Shown: in pieces, positions 39,369-51,700 of the stretch | How the letters are laid out: each line of letters opens with the position of its first letter | How positions within the stretch are numbered: position 1 is the stretch's first letter | From: Bugula neritina | Lineage: Eukaryota > Animalia > Bryozoa | Length of the DNA stretch: 64,000 bases | Direction: 5' to 3' | Assembly (NCBI GenBank): GCA_964035545.1 | Contig: OZ037766.1 | Span: 11,398,722 to 11,462,721 of the forward strand | Program-made: the position numbers and the translations under genes | The notes under the pieces: model-generated | The model's input: the letters and a program-made list of their open reading frames with translations, nothing else | Database searches by the model: none | Told to the model about the DNA's origin: nothing

Positions 39369-42300
39369 TTAATGTAACATGGGAGGCACAAAGTGATTGT
39401 GGATTGATCCAATAAGTATCGCAAAGAAAATCAACCCACTGAGAATAGCAGCAATTGATAACCAAAACGTGATGCGTCCAAATTTTCCTGCAGTTGCCCA
39501 ATCTTCTTCTGTGACTGCTCGTTTAGTGAGGCCTAAACGAATAAGTTATAAAAGTTGAACTTTTAAATTATGGCAATCATGTAAACATGTCATTATGCGG
39601 AAATAAAATTGTGAAATTTAGGTCAAACTAAACATTCGAGACCACAAATTGATGAAAGTATATAATATATAGCATTATACTTTCCTACTTCACTCAAGAG
39701 TGGAGAATGAGGAACATTTAAATATTAATGTTGTGTGACTTACATGACAACACAAGAGCAATAAGTCCAAGTAGAGGGTTAAAGAACACAGAGGCAATGA
39801 CCAACGGCATGAAATCTCTTGGTTGATTGCTGTGATTCTTAGACCAGGGTCTGTTGATGACCAAGTATGTTGTGGGGACACCTATTTACATATCACAAAT
39901 TATATATCTATACAAACACAAAGGTTGTGATCACATTGATAACTTAACTGTACTTCCTTCACCGTAATCAACTTGGGAGAATAATTACATAATATACTAT
40001 AAAATATTTTGATCTACAAATGGGGTAAATGATTTTTGCCATTTATTGCTGCTAAAACAGACATCTCTTTTTACTAAAAATAATTCCAATATTTAATTGT
40101 AAACTGAAATTGTTTTATGTAAAGCACTGGAAGTAAGAATCTGCCAAACAAATTATTTCACCTCATTCACGCATCAACAACAAAAAATTAAGTTAAAATT
40201 CACACCTCTGTTTTTCATTTTTTTGGTTTTAATAACTGCATCTGTATAGGCATTGTAATATCCACCATCTCTAGTCACAGATTTGTGTTTGGGTTTAGTA
40301 TGTTTAGTAGCATAGCCTCGCCTACAAAACAAATGTTAATCACAGTTCACTAGCCCAGCATTTGCATGACTTGGAAATTTGTGACTCCCATGCTACAAGT
40401 ATGTAAGCTAAAAGTCAGGTGAGAGAATTCAAGCGAGAGGCGCCATATATCTAATGCTCAGTGATGATTTGCACAGGAGCTGTAGTAGTGAAAATGTATA
40501 GGCCTGAGAAGACTAAAAAAATAAAATATTAGGGAGCAGCTCATATTGAATTGAAACTAACAGCGTTTTGCAGTTTTTCGCATAGCAACTCACAAAGTTA
40601 AGGGTAAATAAATTAAAAAAGTGTGTAGAATTAGTGGGTAATGCAGAAGGTAAAATTATTCTATAACAAAAATTCAAATTTAGAGTTTGTCGGATGACAA
40701 AATTATAGAAAAGGTTTCATTTTATCTTGTAGAGTGATTTGGTAACAAAAGGTTTCTTATCTATAATAAGTGAGGATTGCCAACATATTCAAAGTCAAGC
40801 AAAAAATTCAATAGGCATTGCTAATACTGACCCAAACTGCTGGTAGCCATTGTAGGTCCTGGGTGCACCTCTTGAAGGATAGTACTGACCTGGCTGGGAA
40901 TAGGCAGGCCCTCGTCCACTGTCAATACACAGACACAATACATTCGTACAAGTCTAAGTATCTGCAACTAATATAGCTAGACCAGAACTAGATATATACT
41001 AATCAGGACTATAAAACACTGGTGTGTGTGGGTATAAAGCGTTGAGAAAAAAGTTATAGGCTAATATATAAAATATTAACTAGATTTTTAAATTTTACTT
41101 GCTATATACTTCAAAATTTTTTATACTAAATCGTGATGTAACATGGATGGTGATTAACTGGGTAAAATGAAATAAACTTTAAAATGTATCCTCACTTCAA
41201 GTTAATGTAAAATAAATCAATGTTCAACAATAAATCCACAGTGTTGTTAGCAATGTATAAACCACAGTATAAGCAAGTAGTAACTAGATAGAAAACTTAT
41301 TTTAGAAAAATCGAAATAGTGCCTGTGACTTCTCACCTAGAATGGTAAGCTGGTTGATATCCAGATGAAGCAGAAGGTCCACGGCTTCTTCCACTTTGTG
41401 GCGCATACCCACTCTGAGAAGGGGCATATCCAGAATGTGCATACCCACTCTGAGAAGGGGCATACCCACTCTGGGAAGGGGCATACCCACTTTGCGAAGG
41501 GGCATATCCACTCTGGGAAGGGGCATACCCACTCTGGGAAGGGGCATACCCACTCTGGGAGGGGGCATACCCACTCTGGGAAGGGGCATACCCACTCTGG
41601 GAGGGGGCATAACCCCCTCCTCTGTACCCAGGATCTAAAGCTCTTCCTGGAGAATAAGATCTTTCAGGTCTAAGAAATAAAGTTAGAATATATCTTATAT
41701 GAGGATAATTTATATTTAATATGAAAAGGTATACTAAAAGGTAACTTATACAATTTTGTTTCTAAAAATCAGCTGCTAGAGAAATTATTAAATACCTCGG
41801 TTTCTCAGCATATCTCGCTGGAGATTCACCTCGGCCAGCATAACTTGAGGGTGATTGACTCCTACTGGGGTAGTATTGGTCTTGGGGCCTCTCTGCAATA
41901 CAACATTACTCTAATGACAAAATATCTACAGAACATATTCCTTTGCATCAGAATAATTATGGTAAAAGTGGCTACTTTTTAAGTTTTCAGTTGAGTTACA
42001 AAGAAAATACTTGAACAGCCATTTGCATCATTAGCATTTGAAAGGCAGGAATTTAAAACAAACATACAAGAGATTAAAGCACAGGAACAAAGCTTAGCTT
42101 TAGAAAGTAGAAATAATTTGGAAGGTAAAAAATAATTATCGTTTTTAAAAGTATGCTATAAGATAAATATAGCAGGTCAACAAGATTTAAAATCCTGAAA
42201 ACTTTTGACAGAATACTGAAAAATTGCAGTATTATTGTCAAAAGGTAGGAAGTGATCCTAAGAGCCCATAAATATATTCATTATATCATATATTCACTAT

Positions 42301-43247
42301 ATCATATATTCACTATGTCATATTTTCACTATATTATATTTTCACCATATCATATCTTCACTATATCATATATTCACTATATCATATTTTCACTATATCA
42401 TATTTTCACTATATCATATCTTCACTATATCATATATTCATGATATCATATCTTTACTATATCATATATTCACTATGTCATATATTCATGATATCATATC
42501 TTCACTATATATCATATCTTCACTATATCATATATTCACTATATATCATATTTTCACTATATCATATCTTCACTATATCATATATTCACTATATCATATC
42601 TTCACTATATCATATCTTCACTATGTCATATCTTCACTATATCATATATTCACTATGTCATATCTTCACTATATATCATATCTTCACTATATCATATCTT
42701 CACTATATCATATCTTCACTATATCATATCTTCACTATATCATCACCTATATAGCGTCCTGGTGAATGGCTTCTAGCACTCGGCTGCTCAGAATATCTGG
42801 TTTGATCCACAGGAGCTCGACTAGCCCCTGCATAGTGCCTGCAATACAAACCAGAAGAGATTACTTGCACTTGATACATGATAGTCATAGTTAACATGCA
42901 TGCACAAAAGTAAACATCTAATCTATATATTATCTTGTATCACCAGAAAAGATTATTTCATTTAATAAAAAAATTATTTCCTGAACTTAAACCTAACTCA
43001 ATCAATATGAATAATGTTTCCATGTCATTTTAAAACCCGAGTAACTGAGCTAGGTTTACCTGTAAGCTGGTGGAGCACCTCTTGACTCTGATTGAGATGG
43101 AGGCTGATTCCTCACATACTGTCGATCATAGCTTCGATCTCTACTCTGAGGAACCGGCGGTTGTCTAGGCTGAGGCTGTGGTGGCTGGCTGGCATACTCA
43201 TCCAGGTTGTCTCTGGAGCCATGGCGAGACCCACCATAAGATGACAT
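39369..43247 (-). CDS. CD225/dispanin-family (PRRT1/SynDIG-like) membrane protein with long Pro/Tyr/Ser/Gly-rich N-terminus; 8 exons, ~404 aa
   Basis: Exons 43247-43060, 42838-42747, 41892-41796, 41669-41337, 40918-40832, 40321-40206, 39881-39744, 39532-39369 join in frame (1215 nt). The C-terminus QPRDFMPLVIASVFFNPLLGLIALVLSCLTKRAVTEEDWATAGKFGRITFWLSIAAILSGLIFFAILIG has the two-hydrophobic-segment CD225 pattern. Confidence 0.8.
41393..41613 (-). repeat. Coding 21-bp tandem repeat encoding (GYAPSQS)x9 plus two partial units
   Basis: Lies in exon 4 of the CD225 gene; differences between full units fall at synonymous positions in this frame. Confidence 0.9.
42273..42743. repeat. 15-bp minisatellite (TTCACTATATCATAT[C/A/T])n, ~30 copies, abutting the exon-2 donor of the CD225 gene
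   Basis: Visible tandem units. Confidence 0.95.
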
Positions 43248-45717
43248 CTAAAATAAAGGATGTCTTTTTACCACCATGCAATAAAAACAATAAATTAAGC
43301 GACGTGGAAAATTACACTTTAGTGAAAATTATAAGCTTGATCCAAAACTTGCTTAAAAGATGAAATTGTGATATGATCTATAAAACTTGAAATAGTAAGC
43401 GATCACTGCCTACAAATATTTAAAGTTAATTTGCAGCAACACTAACAGAGTAACTGGAAGTGTAACACTAGTCACCACACTATGACTAAGTCTAAAAGTA
43501 AAAGTCACCTTATTCAGTTACGACTTATCATAATAATTATAATCATTATGACTATGATAAAAGTGATAATGATCTTTATTATCATGATTATAGAAAATTA
43601 TTGTCAGTGAGTTATAGTTATACTTCTACTTACTTACAGTTACTAAGTTACTCTCACACTTACAGTTAATGTTAGCGTTACTGATAACTGTAAGACTAAG
43701 TGATAAGTATCGCCATCAGTCTAGTTTTACGGTGACACTCACAGTCACACTACTTATCTGTAACTATTAGTATTACTATTAGAATGAATCGAATACCAAT
43801 ACTGAGCATTGGTATTTGATTCATTCCAAATTTCTTCATTATGTGATTATCCTTATCATTATGATTATTAATATGACTATGATTATCAAATATCGACTAT
43901 TCAGTTTCACTCTCACTCTCAGTGCCATTCACTCTCACAGTCACAGCGTCAGACTCACAGGCATAATCAGTGTCATCAAAAAATTTAAAATTAAATTGAT
44001 TTTAATATCATTATGATTATTATTATGATTATGAATATCAATATCAGCCGTGAACTGAAAGTGAATACTAATTTGAACTATTCTGATTTAGTATGAGCAT
44101 GAGTAACTCCATTAATACTACTATCAAATTGAAATTCAATTATTCAATTATCATAATCAATATGAAATTGAATTAGAATCGTCAATATGAATATGAAAAT
44201 TGAAACCAAACACGAATGTCAGCAACTACAATAATAGCCATAGGTGAATATTACATTTAATAACTACAATTACAAAGTAATGACGCAAAAATAATATAAA
44301 ACATCATTGACATTCGAGTAAGGTCATAGAGTATTGACTAGAGCCATGGCATTGTTTTTAATTTAAGATTTTATCAACTCGGACATACACTCAAACTGAA
44401 ACTCAAACTGCAACCATTTGGTATAGATGAGAGAAAGTTTTGGTGTAGTTATTTGTCTTTTAAATATCGGCAAACCCCATAGTATTAGTTCAAATCTAGA
44501 TTTTGTTTAACTATCGTAAAATACAAGTAGGTCATGACGCTGTGTTTATAGAGGAGATAATTCTTTAAAACACGAACTGTCTTATTATTTTTATTCGCCT
44601 GATTGACGACGTTTAGAGCGTGTCCACTTACACAATTTAGCATAGACATCAAATCAATAGTATCCTCTCAATGGGATAGCAATCGGCTAATCCGTAATCG
44701 TTGCCTTGAATTCATTCAAACATTATGTTTATTATTTTATAGCAGCCACCATTGATGTAATTATTACAATTTATAGTGATGTTATAAAATTAATTCTTAT
44801 TTTATAATAATTTTAAAGATACAAAAATTATTACAAGTGATTTATTTGCGCTCAAAGCTCCGCACCCCGTACAATACTCGTACTCCATAGCGGCATAGCT
44901 GTAGCCTGTAAGTCGTAAGACTAAGTCAAACTGTCAAAGTGTAAGTCACAGTAAGTGTAACTTAGTAAGTCAATGTCATAGTAAGTGTAGCAATAAGTAA
45001 AAGTTAGTATAACTATAAGTAATACTATTACTATTGTTTTAGTTTTACTGTAATAGTATTAGTATAACATTAACTTTAACTAGGTACAGCTACAAGTACA
45101 AGTATCAGTATCAGTATGAACTATCAGTCTATCACTATGAGACATGATGATGAGTGTATGGCCATCAATAATCAATGATCAATCACTATCAGAACTGGAA
45201 CAATAACAATAGTCAATAAAACTTGAATGGGTCAATATTTTGTTTTATAGATCTATGAATTTTAAAAGCATTTGCTCTAAATATTACTCCTATTTGCATT
45301 CAATTAGCAAGTTACCAATTTAGTGCACTTTGCTAAATCAATAATTGTAAATGCTATTGTGTACTTTTTTTTAGGTTGGTAGATACAAATCAGGCTCACG
45401 ATCTGTGAATTTGATAACTAGTCATCTTTTAGTTAATTTTCCAATTATTTATTGGCTTACTTGTTGATTTTATATTTCTGTAATTATTCAAAAAGAATGT
45501 TTTACTGTTTGTGTTAACTTCTTGACTAGTTGAAAAATGTTTAATTCTAAAAAAGTTTACCGTCAGCCATTTGATTGGAAGTTTGTGCACTTGCTGTAAT
45601 TTAAGTTGCCTTTAAATTTCAATTTGCAAAACAATAAGTTTCCATTGTATATATTAAAAATATATTTTAGATGATTTAGTTATTTTGTGTTTGTAGACTA
45701 ATAACTGATACTTTACA

Positions 45718-48700
45718 ATGGATATATCGTCTGCCCCTGGTTCTGCAGCTGCTGATATAGTCTTCCTTGTTGAAGCTACAAGTAACCTGGAGCCAGCATT
45801 CAGCGAAATCAAATATAGTTATCTTACGCCTATTCTCAATTACTTTAATCCAGCTTTTGGGGATGACTCTGAAATGGCTGTGGAAGTAAGATATTTAGTT
45901 GTTTATTTAATAGTTTTGGCTAAATGAAGCGAAACTCAATATAGGCAGGCTATGTATTGATAGTTTGAAATAACATACTTTAAATAAAATTACCTTTTTG
46001 TACGGCAGCTATATCATCAAAAAATGTACAACTGATACTAGAATTTTGCATTTTGAACACAAATTGTACAGCCTCAAAAATACAGTGTATGAATTTTATT
46101 TATATGCTAAAACTATTTGGCTGCCATTACTGTTTAGTGTTATTAGTACAAACTCCCTTAGCAGTTTGAATGAACAGCATTTACTGTACTCTAATAGCAG
46201 GGAAAAGGGCTAATTAGTTAAGCTTAGTAGTTGCTGATATATTACAATACTCTGCTAGCAATAGAGCTTGAACTATTATCCGTACAAATTGCTTTGGTGT
46301 TTTATCCTTAGATAAAGGCAGCGCTCATTTTGAACAAATCTAAATCTAATTTTGTAGTCCAGTAACAATCTGTACACAGTGGTATCTTTCACATCTGCTG
46401 ACGCTGCTCCAATCCCATCTGTATCCAGTGGTCAGCCAACAACCAACAGTCATGAAGTGTTAGAGGCTTTAGGATACATGCAGTACGTAATTCTCACAAC
46501 TAATGCAATTCACATGGCAATAGTAAGCTCAGTGTAATTTCTTACTGTTGTGAATTTCTACAATCATTTAAATTATTACATAGTTTTGTGATTCAATGGC
46601 AGGTAATAATCTGTAATATTTAGTCTCAATATATGTAACACTGGATTTACTTAATGTATTTGCATTCTTATTCAAAATTGTAGTTTTTCACAATGTTGGA
46701 ACTTTGGTGTGAGTCATGTAACTGAGGCACTGGCGATGGGTCTCCAAGTCTTGGATGAATGCAAAAAGCTGCGGAATAAATCATTGTAAGTTACTGTGAT
46801 GTATTCCAACCTTTGAACTATGTATAAATAACTTCAAATTAGTTATCCGCAAAAGAATTTTTGCAGCTCTTAGTTTCTATTTCCAAATAAATATATTTCA
46901 CAACTTTAGTTGGACTATAGCCATCGTTGGCTGTATACTTTTCGGAAATATTTTAAGACACCGAGATTCATGATGTTCACGTGTGTTGGCTGAGGCTTAA
47001 ATTGGGGTTTGGTAATTGACTTTGTTTGTGTCAGAAGATTGACTGTAGTTTAACTGGTTTCTGTAAATCCTCATGCAAATTATCACAGCTGCATCTAGTT
47101 CTGATTGCAGTTTTTCACTGAGTGCATCACTTTTTACTCCTACTACCAGTCTGTCTCTAATTAGTTTACAAAGAATCTGTATGGAAAATGATGCTGTAGT
47201 GAGATTTTCTCTGTATAATTACGTCTAATTTGCCTGCGAATTCACGACCTGTTTACTGTGTAGCTTTTACCTTCTAATGTTTTTTTTACAGACTCACGTC
47301 GGAGAAGCACATAATACTGGTGTGTAACTCAGTGCCCTACAATGTGGGTGTTAGAGTTACCCGCTCATACCTGGGCTTGTTTGCTATTGATCTGATTGGG
47401 AAAATGGCTGAGGTTAGTCTAACTGTAATACTATTGGTTGGAATCAGGTTATGTTCAAGTGGCTTTACTTGATGGATGGTGTTTATTCACATATAATTTT
47501 TCCTGTTCAGGTCACATATAAAGAACAGATGTTAAGACAATGTCGATATGCATTTCAAAATTTGACAAAATTTATTATGAGGTTTATGTTATATATTATT
47601 GTTGTAACTAACTTATTTGATACAGACACAACTTTTCTGTAACAGTTGAAGGCGCATTAGTAAAGTATTAGTAATTACAATAAGTGACTGCAATAGCAGT
47701 GTTACTTGTATCAAGATTAATAAAGACTTTGAAGCCCAACCTTGTGGCTATCATAGAGATATAATTGAGCATTATAACAGGAGTTGTGTTTACTATGTAA
47801 ATTTGGGTCATAACTCCTGTGTTAGTTCATTAACTCTGGTAGCTGTGATGAGTGTAGGTAGCACTCTATATGAAACTAGCTGAATTTACCATTGTTACAA
47901 AGCCAGTGATAAATTCTATTTTATATAGTATTTGTAATTTTATTACATTTACTATTTTTCTTAGAAATATGTGTCACATCCTGCAATGTATGTAGACTGT
48001 TCACTATTGTGTCTGTGTTGTAGAGAGGCGTGCATTTCTCTGTTATATCTCCTCGCCGAAGACCCAAGTTATTTCAGTTGTTTAAAAGAGTTAGCAATCC
48101 CAGTCTTCCAATGATCAATTATGCCGTGGATGCCAAACATCATATTCTATTAGATGGAATCTCAATCAAAGGTTTTTTGTACTGTAAAGAAATACTTTAG
48201 ACCTAGAATATTCTGTATGCTCATTGGGTACTCCATTCCGTCAGCCATTACTGACTCATTACACTAAATATGGCTGCCTCTGTAGAAGCTTTGACTAAAG
48301 CAGCCTACTGAATGGGCTTAATTACTCTTTATAAGTAATCTAGTAACAAAATATGGGATTTTGCTAATCTTGACTTTTATTGATTTCCTGGAATAAAGTG
48401 TTTGTACGTGATTGTTTTCACCATCTTTGTTGCTAATTCTTTACCAATAATTTGAAAATTAATTATAGCTAAATTAATGAAAATTAGTGAAAAACAATTG
48501 GTTGTTTGTCAACGTTTTTGTGTTAGTATTTTTTGATTAATGAATTAACTCTATGAAATGAGTTGGGGGACTAGAGACCTTTTAAATTTGCAGTTCCCCA
48601 AGCTTATTCTGGTGTTGTTTGACCTTCAATATTTCCAAGTAGGGGTGTTATATATAGGGTGTCTTTTCATTTTATAGATAACTAATAAACATAGTATTCA

Positions 48701-51700
48701 CCATGTGGCTGTGTAAATCTATAACACTAATAGATGAAATATGGCTAAGTATTTTGTTGCTGTCTAATATAATTTATCTTTTTATAATTTAAGAGCAACC
48801 ACGCAAAGAGAAAAAGATATTGGAAAGATCTGTAATAGAGTTGGACAACTCCCCAACTCCAGGTAAGCTCTATAAATCTCAACACAATTCTACCTGTCTG
48901 CCGAAGAACGCTAGTCACTAAATGAAAATGTTTTATTCTTTATGTTTTAAATAAAACATGTGTTAACTTATTTTTGAGACTTTTTGCTAGGCTGTGCCTT
49001 ATTACATGTATGCTATAAAAATTCAGTGAAGAGGTTATGTTTTGTAGCAGAGGCAATGGAGCAAACAATTCCCAATGTGTCTACTCAATCAATATTAGAA
49101 AACCAGCTGAAAGTTGCCCAAAGTCATCATAGCTCTGTAGCGCAGGTAAAGATACATTGTGATTACATTAGTTCACTGCTACATTGCAACACATTTTTGA
49201 ATTAGGCTCAATTAATTAGTCATTGATAATTAATTTGTTAGATGCACAACTTTTCCTTAGTGTTGTCACATTCTTTTGAATTCTTTCGAAGATTGTTATC
49301 CCATGAATCATCAGCTGTGATAATGGGCTTTAAGTTTTTAGTAATTATAGTCATGTTGGTAATAACCAAACCCTTAGAGGTTTCCTTTATATTGGCTGTT
49401 TCACTTGCTACCTGTGTAGTTTCAATTTTTTATGTGATTCTTCAGGTATCAACAGCAGCTATTGTGGCAAAATCTGGACAGGCAGCCATTGTAAGTAGAG
49501 CTCAGGAAGCTCCTCTGCTGACCGAGATATTGGCGTCTTCCTCTTCAGGAACCAGTAATCCTGAAAGTAATAAATTAGTCAGCATATACCTGTACATATA
49601 CCAGTCAGTGTATACTACCTGTACATATACCTGTACATATACCTGTACATATACTAGTCAGTGTATACTACCTGTACATATACCTGTACATATACCAGTC
49701 AGTGTATACCTGTATATATACCTGTACATATACCTGTACATATACCAGTCAGTGTATACTACCTGTATATATACCTGTACATATACTAGTCAGTGTATAC
49801 CTGTACATATACCTGTACATATACCTGTACATATACTAGTCATTTACTAGTATATACTCCATAGTTTATCTTGTGGGTTCAGATGCACAGTAAGCTAGCA
49901 ATACAATAACATAGTTAGATCATCATAGACATATACCTAAATGAGACGTCTCGCATTAAAAAGCTCATTTACTAGTACTTACCAATATTTATAGAATTTT
50001 CTGTGAGACCAACTTATGCTTTCAATACATAAAAATGGTTTAAATTTTCATTTTCTTTGGTAATATAACACTGTTTTCTATGATTTTACCAACCTACCCA
50101 TGTTTCTAATAATAACTATTGCATTTCATTAATATTCGAACAATCAACTTGAAATCACTCTGCATTTTAATCTGCAAAAAGTGTTAAAACTACCGAAGCT
50201 TTTTCACATAATGAGCACATATCCTGCCAAGAGTTTGAAAGTTCTCCAGATTCGTTTTTCCTATAATCTTCAACATGTCTACTATTTTTATGATATCTTT
50301 TTTTGTGAATCGTTTAGACACGAGGACATTCATCACAGCACCAGGCTTACAGACAAACACTGCTCCTTCAAACTCTACATCGTTACCAATTTCTCATCAA
50401 TTGACTCAGAACAGACAAATCATCAACCAGAGTGTCGGTAACCAAAATCCCATTTCAATGGCAGGCAGCTCTCACCAAATAGTTCTGTCCATGGCGCAGA
50501 CCGTGAAGAACACAAATGCTTCTTCCTCTATTCAGCAGATATCTGTTCAGCCAGCTGGACAGCAGCAAATGCTCAACAATATGCCCATATCAATGTCTAC
50601 GTCTCAGGATCTGTCTATTACTGATTCTCAAGCTACGGCTGCAGGTTCTCAAGCTATGGCCGGATCTCAAGCTGGGGGAGGTATTCAGACCATGGGCGGC
50701 CACCCGACAATGGTCAATACTTCCTCAAACCAACAGAATGCTGCTGGAGGTCCAATGACTGGTGGTGTGATGACATCAAACCCGCAGACTATTGGTAACA
50801 CTCCTTGCGCTTATTTAATGTGGTAGACTTTGTTCCTTTAGCTTTTAAAGTATAAAATGTAAGATGTCTTTTATTATATAGATCGTGTTTTTATTATAAA
50901 TATTTGAGGGTTGTGACATTTGCGTTTCATAGAGTTGTGCTGTCCAACACCGTGATTCAATGGGCTATGTCTACACATTGTAGTTATAAATTCAGGAGGT
51001 TACAACGCTATGTTACCGTCAGTTGGCAACATGTCACAGGTGCCAGGTGCTCAGTCCAGACATCCCAACATGGTCACCATACCAAATGCCCAACCTGGTG
51101 AGTCAACTTGAAACCTCCATATATTCAGTATTAACTTGTACTGTTCTTTATCTGCTTTTCTAGTCAATTTTTCTTTAAAATAATGCAAAAGTTCTGCTAC
51201 TGAAGCATAAATGAATTCAAAGTTTAATAAAATCATTGATTATATCCATAGCTAAGTATAGACTAATCTTTATTATTTTTTATTCTAATGTCAAAATGAA
51301 AACCCTAAATAACATGAATATAATAACAAGTAACGTAAATTTTATTATTCTAGCTACACTATAGTGTATGAATCATGCTATTATTTTTTTAGGTGGTCAA
51401 TTCAATAGAGCTCCTAATACCAACCAGTATCAGGCATCACAACAACAACCTCTCATGCAGCAGCAGCAGCAACAACAACAACCTCTCATGCAACAGCAGC
51501 AGCCGCTCATGCAGCAGCAGCCTCTCATGCAACAGCAGCAACAGCCAATGGTTCAAGGAGGAAACCATATACCAATGCAACAGCAGTCTGTTTCTGCAGG
51601 TCAGCAAATTAGAGGACCCCATCCAAGCAATATGCCAGGTAGTTTCATTCAATTTATACGCCCATGCCCATCAATTGTGAGATACTTTAATGAAATATTT

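Noticed and set aside
41302-41673. ORF-track proteins MPPPRVG.., HTHSGKG.., IPTLGRG..
   Set aside because: Wrong frames or strand of the 21-bp repeat; splice phases and synonymous variation support GYAPSQS
42252-42765. His/Ile/Tyr-rich ORFs (also 53385-53860 and the tail of 49242-49850)
   Set aside because: Translations of intronic minisatellites
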